A stretch of DNA of 64,000 nt. Origin: Rhynchopus sp. YZ270_cl-10 (taxonomy: Eukaryota). Where the stretch lies: assembly GCA_964035575.1 (NCBI GenBank), contig OZ037833.1, positions 682,001-746,000 on the forward strand, read 5' to 3'. Under the pieces are notes generated by a model that worked only from the letters and a program-made list of their open reading frames with translations, was not told the origin of the DNA and made no database searches. Of the stretch, positions 35,097-45,798 are shown in pieces. A program made the translations under genes and the position numbers. How positions within the stretch are numbered: position 1 is the stretch's first letter; every line of letters begins with the position of its first letter.

Positions 35097-35631
35097 CTGG
35101 GGGGGAGCTATTAAAGTATACGTATACTTTATTCGGCGGGAATTACTGCTTAAATGGCCAAAAAAACGACAAAGGGAAAAAAAAAAAAATCACTGTTATT
35201 TTGGGGTTTCTAGTGGCCGAAACCTCGCGAAAACACCACCATTGACATTTTTGGGCCAATCCCAGCCAGTGGTGGGGTCAATGTGGAAAAATGAACAATT
35301 TTTTGGTGACTTAAATTTTCACAAATCTGAACCCCATCAGTACCAATCGTGTAAAAACTGATACACGCGTTTTAGGTCAAAAATACTCGTTTCTCAGTGC
35401 AAAGTGACCCCATCACAGCACGCAGAGAATCCGGACCACCGAAATCAAAAAAAAAATTTTTCGATTTTTTGTGCAAAACTTGCTGGAAAATTTTTTTAGT
35501 AAGAAAAATGTACACAAAAACCGTATACTTTATTTCACAGATTTCCACGCTCAAAATGGGTTTCCGCGCCGTATACTTTATTACCCCCGTATACTTTATT
35601 AGCACCGTATACTTTATTAGCCCCCCCCCAG
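35097..35631. mobile_element. MITE with CTG(G)n termini and CCGTATACTTTAT subterminal repeats
   Basis: TTA-CTGGGGGGGAGCTATTAAAGTATACG ... CGTATACTTTATTAGCCCCCCCCCAG-TAA. Confidence 0.8.
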
Positions 35632-35676
35632 TAAGTCGCCTAAATATACCAAAAACCCTTCTATTTTTATTTATTT

Positions 35677-35741
35677 GATAAATTGTTGGAGTAGTGTAGT
35701 TGCCTCGGTTGTGTTGCCACAGTTTTGTGCAAATCTCCACT
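35677..35741 (-). repeat. Dispersed motif A, copy 4
   Basis: Near-identical to 21699-21761. Confidence 0.85.
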
Positions 35742-36131
35742 GTCCACTATTTTTTTGTTGGAAAGAAACCAAAAAAAAAAAAAGTAACGGAAAATAACGT
35801 GAGTGAGAAAGAGAAAAAAAAAAGTGAAGCTGATAGTGCACGAACACCTCTGGGACAGCAGGCACTGACTACTCCGTGGGGTTTATCGAAACCCTCGGAG
35901 TGTTGCACTTCGGACTTAAAATAAGGGGGCTAGCTAGAGGAAAACAGTGAATACACAGAACACACCTATGGCAAAATGATAGTATTTTATGAGGCGCAGC
36001 ACGTTTGCGTATTTCTGACTTTTTTGTGGTTTTTTTTTTTTTTTTTTTGCAGGATTTCGGGGCCGACCAGGGCGGGTGACCATGGGTACGACCGACGACT
36101 TTTGACTCATAATACCACACCTACTCCCCAC

Positions 36132-36244
36132 CACAGCAGAGAGTAAGCCGGGTCCCCGGTCTCTGGGTCCAGGCCAAGGTCCCGGGTCCCAGTCCGACTG
36201 AGAATAACCGGGTCCCCGGTCCCCGAGTCTTATTCTCTCCTGTG
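36132..36244. mobile_element. MITE related to 22658-22848
   Basis: Imperfect TIR CACAGCAGAGAGTAAG...CTTATTCTCTCCTGTG; near-TSD CTCCCCAC/CCCCCCAC; CCGGGTCCC repeats. Confidence 0.7.
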
Positions 36245-36456
36245 CCCCCCACCCCCTTTTACCTACACCATACACACCCCTTTTTATACAGAGATTCCTC
36301 CCAATCGCAGGGGATTTCCCCCCCTTCCCCTCCCCTCCCCCTTTCTGAAACAAGCCATCTTTTGCCTCCACCAGAAGACCAGAAATCCACACCCCGCTAA
36401 AATCACACTAAAAGTCTACATTTTTTTTCGCCCTGTTTGTTTCCCCCCCTTTTTTT

Positions 36457-37413
36457 TCACCCACATGTAACCATACACGAATAGCAGGCCTTACGGGAGC
36501 CGTCTCTCCATATACATTTTTTGCATGCGAGCTCACCGCATTGACTGCAACTTTGTGTGCAGAGTTCGCACGAACGGCGGATCTGCATGCTGTGTCCACA
36601 GGGGTGGCTTTCCCAGGAGTTTGGTTTGCCGAGGACGGACGGACGGCGGATGTAGCGCAGTATCTTACGCGCATCGTTGCCTCTCAGCGTCGAGCACCAT
36701 GGACAGCACTGCCACTGCCTTTCAAGACGACCCCCGCAGGACCCACAGCGTTTCGCGGAATAGGTATTAATCAACGAAGCATCAGGCATGCTCTGCAACC
36801 CCGCACACTCCCTGCACGACGACACAAAACACGACCCACACCCCACCACCTCCTGCCAGCCTACCAACATCCCACACCCTCCACAGTCTATCCGCAAACT
36901 ATCAATCAGGACCTTCAAATCCCAACACGCCAGACGTAGGTTAAACAACTCATGGACCGGCCACAAATAGGAGATGATATAGCGTGAAACGTCGTCTGGG
37001 AGGTGCAGTGCGTTTGGACAGAGGGATTGGGTGTTGGAGGCGAGTCGGGCGGTGCGGAGCTGGCTGGAATGTGCGCTGGAGGGGCGGGAAGTTTTCCAAG
37101 AGGAGTTGCAGACGGAAGGGGAGAGCGGGTCGCTGCGGTGTCCGTTGAAGGCAACGAAGGGAAGGTGGTTGAGAAGATTCGCCTGACGCACCTGAAGCAG
37201 CTTCACCTCATCGCGCGCATGCTGCTTCTGCGGTGCCACCTCGGACAGCACTCTGTTCAGCATGTCGAGGGATGGTTCCTCCTCCTCCCCAAGCGCAGCC
37301 CAGTCGTCCCAGTCGCGTGGGGTCTCATCTCGTGACCAAGTTGAAGCGGACGGCGCTTCAAATTCAGTAACTTCCATGATCTCCTCCCCAGGGTCACCCA
37401 AGAGGGCTGCCAT
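36457..37413 (-). CDS. F-box-like protein with a C-terminal multi-CxxC (zinc-finger-like) region
   Basis: F-box-like segment LHLPDDVSRYIISYL..ELFNLRLACWDLK followed by many CxxC pairs; likely start MAALLG at 37413. Confidence 0.65.
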   Translation of the reverse strand: MAALLGDPGEEIMEVTEFEAPSASTWSRDETPRDWDDWAALGEEEEPSLDMLNRVLSEVAPQKQHARDEVKLLQVRQANLLNHLPFVAFNGHRSDPLSPSVCNSSWKTSRPSSAHSSQLRTARLASNTQSLCPNALHLPDDVSRYIISYLWPVHELFNLRLACWDLKVLIDSLRIDCGGCGMLVGWQEVVGCGSCFVSSCRECAGLQSMPDASLINTYSAKRCGSCGGRLERQWQCCPWCSTLRGNDARKILRYIRRPSVLGKPNSWESHPCGHSMQIRRSCELCTQSCSQCGELACKKCIWRDGSRKACYSCMVTCG

Positions 37414-37470
37414 GGGTGGGTTTGTCTGAAGGGGAGGGGGGATGAAAGGAGTACACGATTGATGAGGGAG

Positions 37471-37608
37471 CACGACGGGACCCAGTGACAAGTGACAAGT
37501 GAAATCACATGTCATTTCATTTGTCACTTGTCACTCAAAAAAGTCGCTTGTCATGACAAGTGACTTACTTGTCATTTCACTTGTCACTTGTCACTGGGTC
37601 CCGTCGTG
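37471..37608. mobile_element. Palindromic MITE with ~35-bp perfect TIR and TGACAAG internal repeats
   Basis: CACGACGGGACCCAGTGACAAGTGACAAGTGAAAT...ATTTCACTTGTCACTTGTCACTGGGTCCCGTCGTG. Confidence 0.8.
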
Positions 37609-38371
37609 TACCGAAAGGGTTTGGTTGTAGATGTGCAGAAAAGTTATGTGGGTGATACACTTTTTTTTTCTCTGAGTTTTCCCATTGATGCTCTGATTGT
37701 CCAAAGAGAGAGAAAATGGCTGATGGCTTATGAAAAAAGCTGATACGTCGACGGGGTTGAGGGGTTGGGGGGTTGGGGGAATAAAAAGAGAGAAAAAAAA
37801 ATGAAAAAGATGCGCCTCCGTCACCAATTGGTTAGTTCTGGTAAAATCGACAACACAACTTTCCGATTTTTTTTTGTCGGTTTTTTTTTTTGTCCAGCTT
37901 TTTTTGAAGTTTGACACATCAAATAGTTTTTTTGTGTCATGCTGGAGGGGGAGGATCAACTACGTTTGTACTCAACCGAACACAACAAATAAGCTAAACA
38001 CAACAAAAAAGAACGTTTGCTAGATGAAATATGCCTCACATACATATACATCTATAACATACAACAAACCATCAGTGAGGTAAACACGCTCTTTACAATT
38101 TTGAAATCCCAAATAATCCACCTTAGTTTTTTACCCCTCCGTTTTGACCCCCTATTTTCCTCCCCACTATTTTGTTGTGTATGACTGAATATAAAAAAAA
38201 AGGGGGAAGTGTTACTGACGATGCCAAAACAATAGACAAAGAAAACGTTTGTAAAATGAACTAAAATCTCACTTGCTTTGGTGAGAATTGCTTCGATCAA
38301 AGCAATTTGAGGTCAGTCATCTCAGGAGTTTTTTCTACCTGCAGAAGAGTCAGAGGGGGGCTTGGTGTGCA

Positions 38372-41079
38372 CTATTTCGCCTTCATCTTGGCCTCGAGAC
38401 GGCGCATCTCTCTGTCCTTCTCGTTCTTCTCCTTCTCCTTCTTGTCCCGCCACTCCGCCTCCTTCTTCTCCTCATTGTCGAGAAACTCAATCTGCTCAAG
38501 AATCGGACGGCACTGTAGAAAAGGGAGGAGGTATTTTTTTTTGTCGACAACCTAAGATAGGGTTTGTCCTCAATGCTTGGCCGAAACCTTTCGTACTACG
38601 GAAGGTATAGACGGCATTCATCCCGAACGCTTTGAGAGCAGCTTTTATGAAAAAATTCTTTTTTTTGTACGAATCTCTCTCTCTCTCTTGGTTCTAGACC
38701 AAACCTAAATGAATTGATAAATTTCCATACCTCGCGATAACGCACAGAACAGAAGCGGAATGCATCTTTTCTGAAAGCCTTATCGGCATCTGCAGCTGTT
38801 CTGTCTGAAGGCATGTCCGATGCAGACTTAGCTTCGGCGATCCAGAACCCGAGGGTTCTGTTGTAGAAGTCACGTTGGGGCTCATGCGGCTCGGGGCAGG
38901 GTACACCGTCCTCAGCACCCAGCTGCTGCTTGAGCTGGTCACGCTTGCTCCGCACCTTGCCCTTCGTTGTGGCTTTGGGTTGCTTCTTCTTCTTGGTCTC
39001 CTTCTCCTCAGCCTCGTCGTCCTCCTCCTCCTCCTCGTCCTCTTCTTCTTCGCTTTCCTCTTCTTCCTCATCATCTTCGTCTTCGTCCTTCTTCTTTTTC
39101 TTTCTCTTGGTTGTTTTGATCTCCCCATCATCGTCGTCATCTTCCGATTCATACCATTCCTGCTCCGCTAGGTCCATCTCTTCCAGGACCTCAAAGGTCT
39201 CCAATGTGTTTGTATTGATTCTGTACATATCGTTGAGCGTCACTTCACGGGAACCATCTTCGAACTGCCCACCATACAGATAGAGAAAGTTACCTACAGT
39301 ACAGAGTTGTGTGCTAAATCTGCCGCAAGGGGTCAACTGCCCTGCGTCATTTTCGGTATAGGTCCTCTTGGCACGGCTCGCGAGAGGGGAGGTTGCTCCA
39401 TCTTCCCCTTCCGTAGTGTCTTTGAAGCTGACCGCCCTCGCTGCGATGAGACCCTCCAAAAAGCCTTCTTCCACAGCTTCTGGAAGGTCTTCGTAATATC
39501 CTAACCCCTGCGCGCCCACTGCAAAGATATGCCCTGGTTTGCTCCCAGAGTATTCCTCTGCCGGAATAAAAGCGACAAGAGGTTCGGGGGTGGCAACCCT
39601 TTCTGGCATAGGAGCAGGCTCCTCGTATCCAATGATTTGCGTGCCAAGATAGATTGGAACGCCTTGAGGTGCGACATCTCCTTCTTCTTCAACATTTGCC
39701 GCTTTTGGTCCGGATTTGTTAATTTCGAGCCCCGTTTTAGTGTTTGCAACCGCTTCTGCGGCTTTAGCGGGGTTCGCGCCTTGCTTTTTACGTTGCTGCT
39801 TTTCTGCAACCTTTTTGACCTTCTTCTTTGCCTTAGGTAGAGAGGGCATGCTGTTATCCCAAAGGGTCCCACCTTCATCGCCGGAATCCATATCAGAATC
39901 GGAGTCGTTATCGGCAAGGTTTTTGAGGTTGTCGGCAAGGGAGGTTGTGGCGGTGTCGTCAGCATCTCCCTTCTTCTTCCTCCGAGCCCCTACAGCCTTC
40001 TTCTTTTTGAGCATCAGAGGGAACCACCGTCGGTTTTCAAGGTTGAAGACGAACATATCAGAGTAGAAACGGCTTTTTGTAGCGTTTTTCTCATCAAAGT
40101 CCATTACCCCGCCAAAGAAGTAGGCCTTCCGTGCAGACACCGCGCAGGTCAGACCAGAACGAATGGTAGGTGGAATGCCTGCCTTTTTGATTTTGCTCCA
40201 CGTACAGCTTGCGAGGTTGAGGACATAGAAATCGGAGTGGGTGATGCCTTTGCGTTCTTTGCCTTCAACGGAAAACCCGCCGTAGCAGAACAGCGAATCA
40301 GCGTAGACTGAGAGGCAAACGGCAGAGCGTTTGGACGGTGTGTCTCCTGTGGTGTCCACACGACGCCAGGAGGGTGTTCTGTCGACATTGTCGATCGCCC
40401 AGACGTCGTCAAAATAGTATCCATTTGAGGTCAACGTATCGTGAAACCCACCAAACATCAGAGGCGTCCTCTTCCACAAAATCATTCTGTGCCCAGACCG
40501 CGGCTGCGGCGCGCTCTTATCTTTCACCTTACATTCCTCCCACTGCCATGTGTTCGTGTCCAAACGCCACAGATCTTTGTGGTGGTAGAATTGAGATTGG
40601 CTGGGGGAAGTGAACTCTCCACCGAAGGTGACTAGGTAGTTTTTGAACCCGATGGTCTGGTGTGCGGAGCGAGGTGACGGGGTGCAGGGTGAGGTGACTG
40701 TCTTCCAGGTTTTCTTGACAGTGTCGTAGCGGTATACGTCGTTGTAGGAGTCGGTGCGTTCGCCGTTCCAGTACTCGCCGCCGAAGAGGATGACCTCGTT
40801 GGGGTTGGCAGGGTTTGCAGTGAACGTTGCGTTGATGCGTGGTGGCGGGCGGGCGCAGTCCTCAATGATGACCTCCTTCTTCTTCTTCTCTGCCTGCCGG
40901 TACTGTGCCAGCATCAGCTCGACATTGTCCTCGTTCTCAGAGTCGGAGTCAAGGTTGCGCAGGCGGCGTCCCTGCTTCTCCAAGTTCTTCTCCTTCTGCT
41001 TTTTGTCATTCTTCGCCTTGTTCCGCCCCCCAGTCTTCTCCTCCTTCGCCTTCTTACGTTTGTCACGTCCCTTACCCAT
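38372..41079 (-). CDS. KLHDC4: Kelch domain-containing protein 4-like (kelch repeats, acidic tract, DUF4110-like C-terminus). Exons 41079-38731 and 38512-38372.
   Basis: Basic MGKG start; motifs PPPRINAT..LFGGEY, PSPRSAHQ, FGGEFTSPSQSQFYHHKDLW, PRSGHRM and PEPHE..RDFYNRT..FW; one phase-0 GT-AG intron. Confidence 0.85.
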
Positions 41080-41870
41080 TTTTTTTTTTTTGTGTATTCC
41101 TGAAATTTTTTGAGGTGAGGTTAAAAAATGCCGTTGAAACAGAACACATTGTGCCGATAAGTGCAGTTGCTGGCGCCTGCAGACAGCGCTATGACTGAAC
41201 ACGGGACGCTACAAAGATTGGACCCGACCATAGGAACGATCCTCAAGGCACACAGTCTAAGTGTTTCTGTGTTTGTGTAATCTCAGCTGGTGTTCATTCG
41301 CGGGGTAGGCCAGAAGAGGGCCTTCTACGTAGGTAGGTGGATATGCAAAGCAGGGGGGTTTGAAGAAGTTTGTTTCAACTTTGTCGTTTTAAAGCAGGGG
41401 AAGGAAAGATGAAATAGGAGAGAGAGAGAGAGAACTTTTTTTTTTGTGAGGCTGGGCAGTAGTATAGGGGAAAATAGTGGAAAAATAAATAAAAAGAAGA
41501 AAGCAGAAGTGGAAAAAGAAACAGAGAGAGGAAGTTGTCTTGAAATACAAAGCCCTCTCGAGACAGTGTACCAAAAAAAAAACCCCCCTTAGTTTTTTTT
41601 TTCCCATATCTGTTCATTTTCGCATGTATATATTTTTTTGTGGGGGAAGTCAGCGGAGACTTATGGCTCACTCGCTTTTAATTGACGGTGAATTCTCTAT
41701 CTGCTATCAGAGAAAGAAAAATAAAAAACAGAAAAAAAGAGAGAGAGAAAAATCGTAGGCATAAAGTAATTGTCGATACAGTAACAGTGTGCGCTTTTTT
41801 TTTTTTCGAGCTAACGATAATGCCATGTTGTTATTTTTTTCTTTTCTTTTTCTTTTCCTTCTTCTTTCTT

Positions 41871-41939
41871 GATAAATTGTTTGAAGTAGTGGAGTTGCCT
41901 CGGGGTTTGTGTTGCCACAGTTTTGTGCAAATCTCCACT
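41871..41939 (-). repeat. Dispersed motif A, copy 5
   Basis: Near-identical to the other copies. Confidence 0.8.
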
Positions 41940-42086
41940 CTCATTTTTTTCCCCCCCTTTTTTTCATAAATTGACGCCGTGTATAGTCACCTTGATTTTT
42001 TTTCGTGTGATCTCCACACAGCCGTCACCTTTGTATCTCGCATTTCATGGTGTAGTCACACCGCTTTTTTTTTTTTAAATCCACTG

Positions 42087-42161
42087 TGGCCAGGGGTGCA
42101 GAGATATGACAGCCCCAAAAAAATAAACTATTCCAGGGCTGCCATCCCACACCCCTGGCCA
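42087..42161. repeat. Short inverted repeat, possible tiny MITE (TGGCCAGGGGTG...CACCCCTGGCCA)
   Basis: 12-bp perfect inverted termini with TG...CA ends. Confidence 0.45.
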
Positions 42162-43520
42162 AATGTATTTCGTTGGATGAGTGTAGCTGCCATTTTGACT
42201 CTCTCTTCACTGTCCAGTGTGAGGGGTGATTTTTTTTTTTTGTCTTTTTTTTTCGAGATGAAATCAATACAGAGCATAAAAGAAAAAAGAGGGGAAAGCT
42301 TTTTTTTTTTGTAAGATGAACCTAACCCTCTCGTGTTTAGTCATCTAAAATAAAAAAAAAAAAAAATGGACACCGCGACTGGCAGTGCTAGAAAAATAGG
42401 GGGGGTACAACAAGCGCAGACCTATTTTTTATTTTTTTATTTTTTTGCAAGGTCGCACTTTTTAACTCCCAACATTATCAAAAAAAAAAATAGAATCGCG
42501 TCACATAGGGCTATGCAATATACGCATATGGCTCCTGATTGTGGCAAATTGGCGAAGTGTGACTGTTTGTCCACCTAAATTTTTTTTCCCCCTGAAATTG
42601 GTGTTGAGTGGAGGTTTTTTTCGAATAGCTAAACTCCTCCAAAACATCAAATCTCAGGGTGGTCTGTATATAAAAAAAAAAAGATACCAGATGAATGAGA
42701 AATTTGTATTTGAAAGAACGCCTAAGCCGTTTTTTTGCGGTGTTTAAGCATCGTTGTGTTTCTTCATTCATCTTGCTCGCAGTCAAACTGAAAAATAAGT
42801 TAGTTTTCATATACTTTCGAATCAAAGAAGAGAAAGTGAAAAATAGAAAAAAAAGGGGGGAGGGTGGGATGGAAGGGGAGGAGGAGGAGGAGGAGTGCAC
42901 AATCGACTGTCAGAGTCAGATTATGAACCGCAAAATAACAAAGAGAGAGAAAGAAAAAGGATTTTTGCTGTCAAGAATGAGTTGCGTTGTTTTGGCCTTT
43001 TTGCTAACCATCCATTTTTTTTTTTTTTGGGGCGGTTTTTTATTTTATTCTTCATGCCATGGGGGGGGGCGGTGAGGCCTAGCCAGGCTTTTCGCTAACC
43101 ATCAAGCTAATCAATCTGGGATCTTTCTCCCAGATTACTAACGAAAATGATGGCACCTTAAATTTGTTCTTCTCGCTGCGCTCGCGGGAGGTGTACCTTT
43201 TAAATTTTTTTTTGTACCCTCAGGTACCCTGCAGGAATAGAAAACAAAGGGTGTCGATATCAAGACGCATAAAATCTCACACAAAACAGCAATCCAAAAA
43301 AAGCATACGTCGTGTCTGGATCCGGATTCCAGGTATCCCACTTCTGTATATTTTTTGGAATCTGGAATATGCCTGGGTCTGGATCCGGATACGGCCTATG
43401 AACAAAAAGAATATAACACAAAAAAAAAGTGCAAAACGAAAAAAGTAGAGAGAGAGAGACAAATGGGAGACAAATGCGCTTTGTGCACACTTGTTGTTGT
43501 TTGGTTTATGGGTTCACTAT

Positions 43521-45602
43521 TCAGAACAGTGCGTCAAAGTGTTCTGCTGCGAACTTCGTGTTACACTGCACTGGGACAAAGAACTCCGGTGCCTCGGCCG
43601 TGCTGAACACCCCGGGTGTGCCCGCAGTCGCGGTCATCTTTGCGTCACAGTAGTGGACTCCGGCGCTGTAGTTGCTGTTCTTGAGGGGGCCGGCGTTGGA
43701 GATGGTGGTTTGGTACCTGTCGGCGTTCATAAAGACATACTCGCCGACGTGGTGTGTGCGGGTCACCTCGAACATCATGAACCCACGGTCTTTGATGTTT
43801 GCGTACTTGATGTGCGAGTTGGCTGCAAGCACAGAGTGCTCGACAGCGTCGTAGCCGCTTGCCTGAAGGAACTGTGCGAACGGTGCGGCGCGCTCCTCAA
43901 GCCCTGTGGAAGTGACAGCAGCCGTGTCGTACTCAACAGCAACGGGAACACCCTCCGCAGTGGACAGCTGCTGTGCGAAGGCGTTGTGCGAGTCGCCTGC
44001 CACCACAACAGCGTTGTTCGTGCTCTGCTGGAAGATCTGCAGCACCTTCTCACGCTCCGTCTCAAAGCCGTCCCATGTGTCGCTGTTCCAAGGAGTGTTT
44101 GTCATGCCAGAGGCCTGCGCCAGTCTGAAGCCAACGTCAGACGCAAATCCACCTGCAGCCACCGCCTGGAACCCGCCAGTCAGGGCAGTCGCAGTCGCAA
44201 CGTCTGCGCCGTATGCCTGGAGTGTGGCGGAAAGGGTGTTGCCCGCCTTGACGAAGTCGGCAAAGGAACGCTTACCCATCGGGATGGGTGTGGCGAGCAC
44301 CTGCCACGGTGCGCCGTTCTCCATGGACTCTGCGAAGAGGAAGCTCATCGAGTCGCGCTTCTCCTGTCCCATCACCTCTGCCGTCACGTCCAGGTCGTTC
44401 TGCACGGCTGCAGCGTAGGCAGCGAGGGTCGAGGCAAGCGGCTCCTCGTACCACGCCGTCACGTTTGTGTTCACCAAAGCGAAGTACGCCAACGCGTTAT
44501 CGGTCTGGAACAGATCAGTGGGGTCGCTGTGGGTGCGCTGCGACAGACGTGTGTCGTAGCCTGCGAACGAGGCAAGGTTTCCGAAGTGGAACTCGAACGA
44601 GCGGGAGCGGCGAGCAATAGGGTCGTCGAGCATGCCCTCCTCACGCACAGGCATCCACTCGAAGTAGGCACGTGTCGCAGCGTCCACACGGTCCTGGTAG
44701 TCATGCTCATCCTTGTCGCAGAGGGAGTTCAGCCCCAGGTCGGGGAAGGGCGAGGCCTGCGCAGTCGAGCACGTTGGCTGGTGGTTCTGGGCTCCGTCCG
44801 AACGAGCGTCGTTTGCAACCTCGTGGTCATCCCAAATCGCGAACACCGGTGCGCGCCTGTGCAGCTTCTGCAGCGCTGCGTCCGTCTTGTACTGTGCGTA
44901 ACGCGCACGGTACTCCTCAAGTGTCACTGCCTCTGGGATCGGCCTGAAGGGCTCCTCACGCGCATACCCCTCAGCTCCCGGGTACGCGTAGGATCCGTAC
45001 TCGTACTGGTAGTCACCAACGTGGAGCCAGAAGTCAAGGTTCTCAGCGTTGGCAAGCGTCTCGTAGACGTGGAAGTATCCGTGCGGGTAGCTGGAACAGG
45101 AGACAACACCGTAGTTGAGCTGTGCGACCTCCTGCATCTGCGAGGGCAGGGTGATGGTGCGCCCGATGGGGGACACCTTGTCAGTGAAGGCAAGCTGGAA
45201 CTGGTAGTAGTAGTTGCGGTTGCAGCCGAGGCGGGAGGGTGCGACCTTCACTGTGTAGTCACGGTGTGCACCTGTGGCGACCCACCCGAGGCGACAGTTC
45301 TTGCGGTGCAGAAGGCGCTTCAGGAACGACCACGACTTCTGCGGGAACATCTGAGCAGGGGGCTTCCCATCCTCGGCCTTGCACACTGCGTAGCGCAGCA
45401 GCACACGCTTCCTGTCATCTGCTTCAACCTCCGCACTAGGCGTGACACGTGTCCACAGCACAACACTGTCCTGCTCCACATCCCCAGACGCTACACCATG
45501 CTCAAACGAGAAGTCCTCTCCAGAGAAGCACCGCGCACGACGCCTATGCGCCTCAACACTCTGCAACGCAAGCAGATAGCACAGCAGGCCTGCAACACGC
45601 AT
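43521..45602 (-). CDS. phoD: Secreted alkaline phosphatase D family protein
   Basis: Signal peptide MRVAGLLCYLLALQSVEA; motifs FEHGVASGD (PhoD_N), LHVGDYQYE, IWDDHEVAND, DTWDGF..ER and GDSHNA; intronless. Confidence 0.92.
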   Translation of the reverse strand: MRVAGLLCYLLALQSVEAHRRRARCFSGEDFSFEHGVASGDVEQDSVVLWTRVTPSAEVEADDRKRVLLRYAVCKAEDGKPPAQMFPQKSWSFLKRLLHRKNCRLGWVATGAHRDYTVKVAPSRLGCNRNYYYQFQLAFTDKVSPIGRTITLPSQMQEVAQLNYGVVSCSSYPHGYFHVYETLANAENLDFWLHVGDYQYEYGSYAYPGAEGYAREEPFRPIPEAVTLEEYRARYAQYKTDAALQKLHRRAPVFAIWDDHEVANDARSDGAQNHQPTCSTAQASPFPDLGLNSLCDKDEHDYQDRVDAATRAYFEWMPVREEGMLDDPIARRSRSFEFHFGNLASFAGYDTRLSQRTHSDPTDLFQTDNALAYFALVNTNVTAWYEEPLASTLAAYAAAVQNDLDVTAEVMGQEKRDSMSFLFAESMENGAPWQVLATPIPMGKRSFADFVKAGNTLSATLQAYGADVATATALTGGFQAVAAGGFASDVGFRLAQASGMTNTPWNSDTWDGFETEREKVLQIFQQSTNNAVVVAGDSHNAFAQQLSTAEGVPVAVEYDTAAVTSTGLEERAAPFAQFLQASGYDAVEHSVLAANSHIKYANIKDRGFMMFEVTRTHHVGEYVFMNADRYQTTISNAGPLKNSNYSAGVHYCDAKMTATAGTPGVFSTAEAPEFFVPVQCNTKFAAEHFDALF

Positions 45603-45728
45603 CGTGGTACTAGTGTCTTGAATAATCTGTGTGGAGGTGTGGTGTATCACGAAATTCTAGAGTCCATAGACCACGATTGAGCAAACACGCAAAAATGTCG
45701 TCTTTTTTGTTTGCAGCGTGCCTACCTT

Positions 45729-45798
45729 CACCATCACCATCACCATCACCATCACCATCACCATCACCATCACCATCACCATCACCATCACCATCACC
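45729..45798. repeat. (CACCAT)n microsatellite
   Basis: About 11-12 perfect hexamer units. Confidence 0.95.

Noticed and set aside
38596..38730. C-terminal extension of the 868-aa kelch ORF in the ORF track
   Set aside because: Read-through into an intron; a spliced last exon at 38512-38372 gives a more plausible charged helical end.
43491..45680. 729-aa plus-strand ORF
   Set aside because: Antisense shadow of phoD; no motifs; explained by codon bias.
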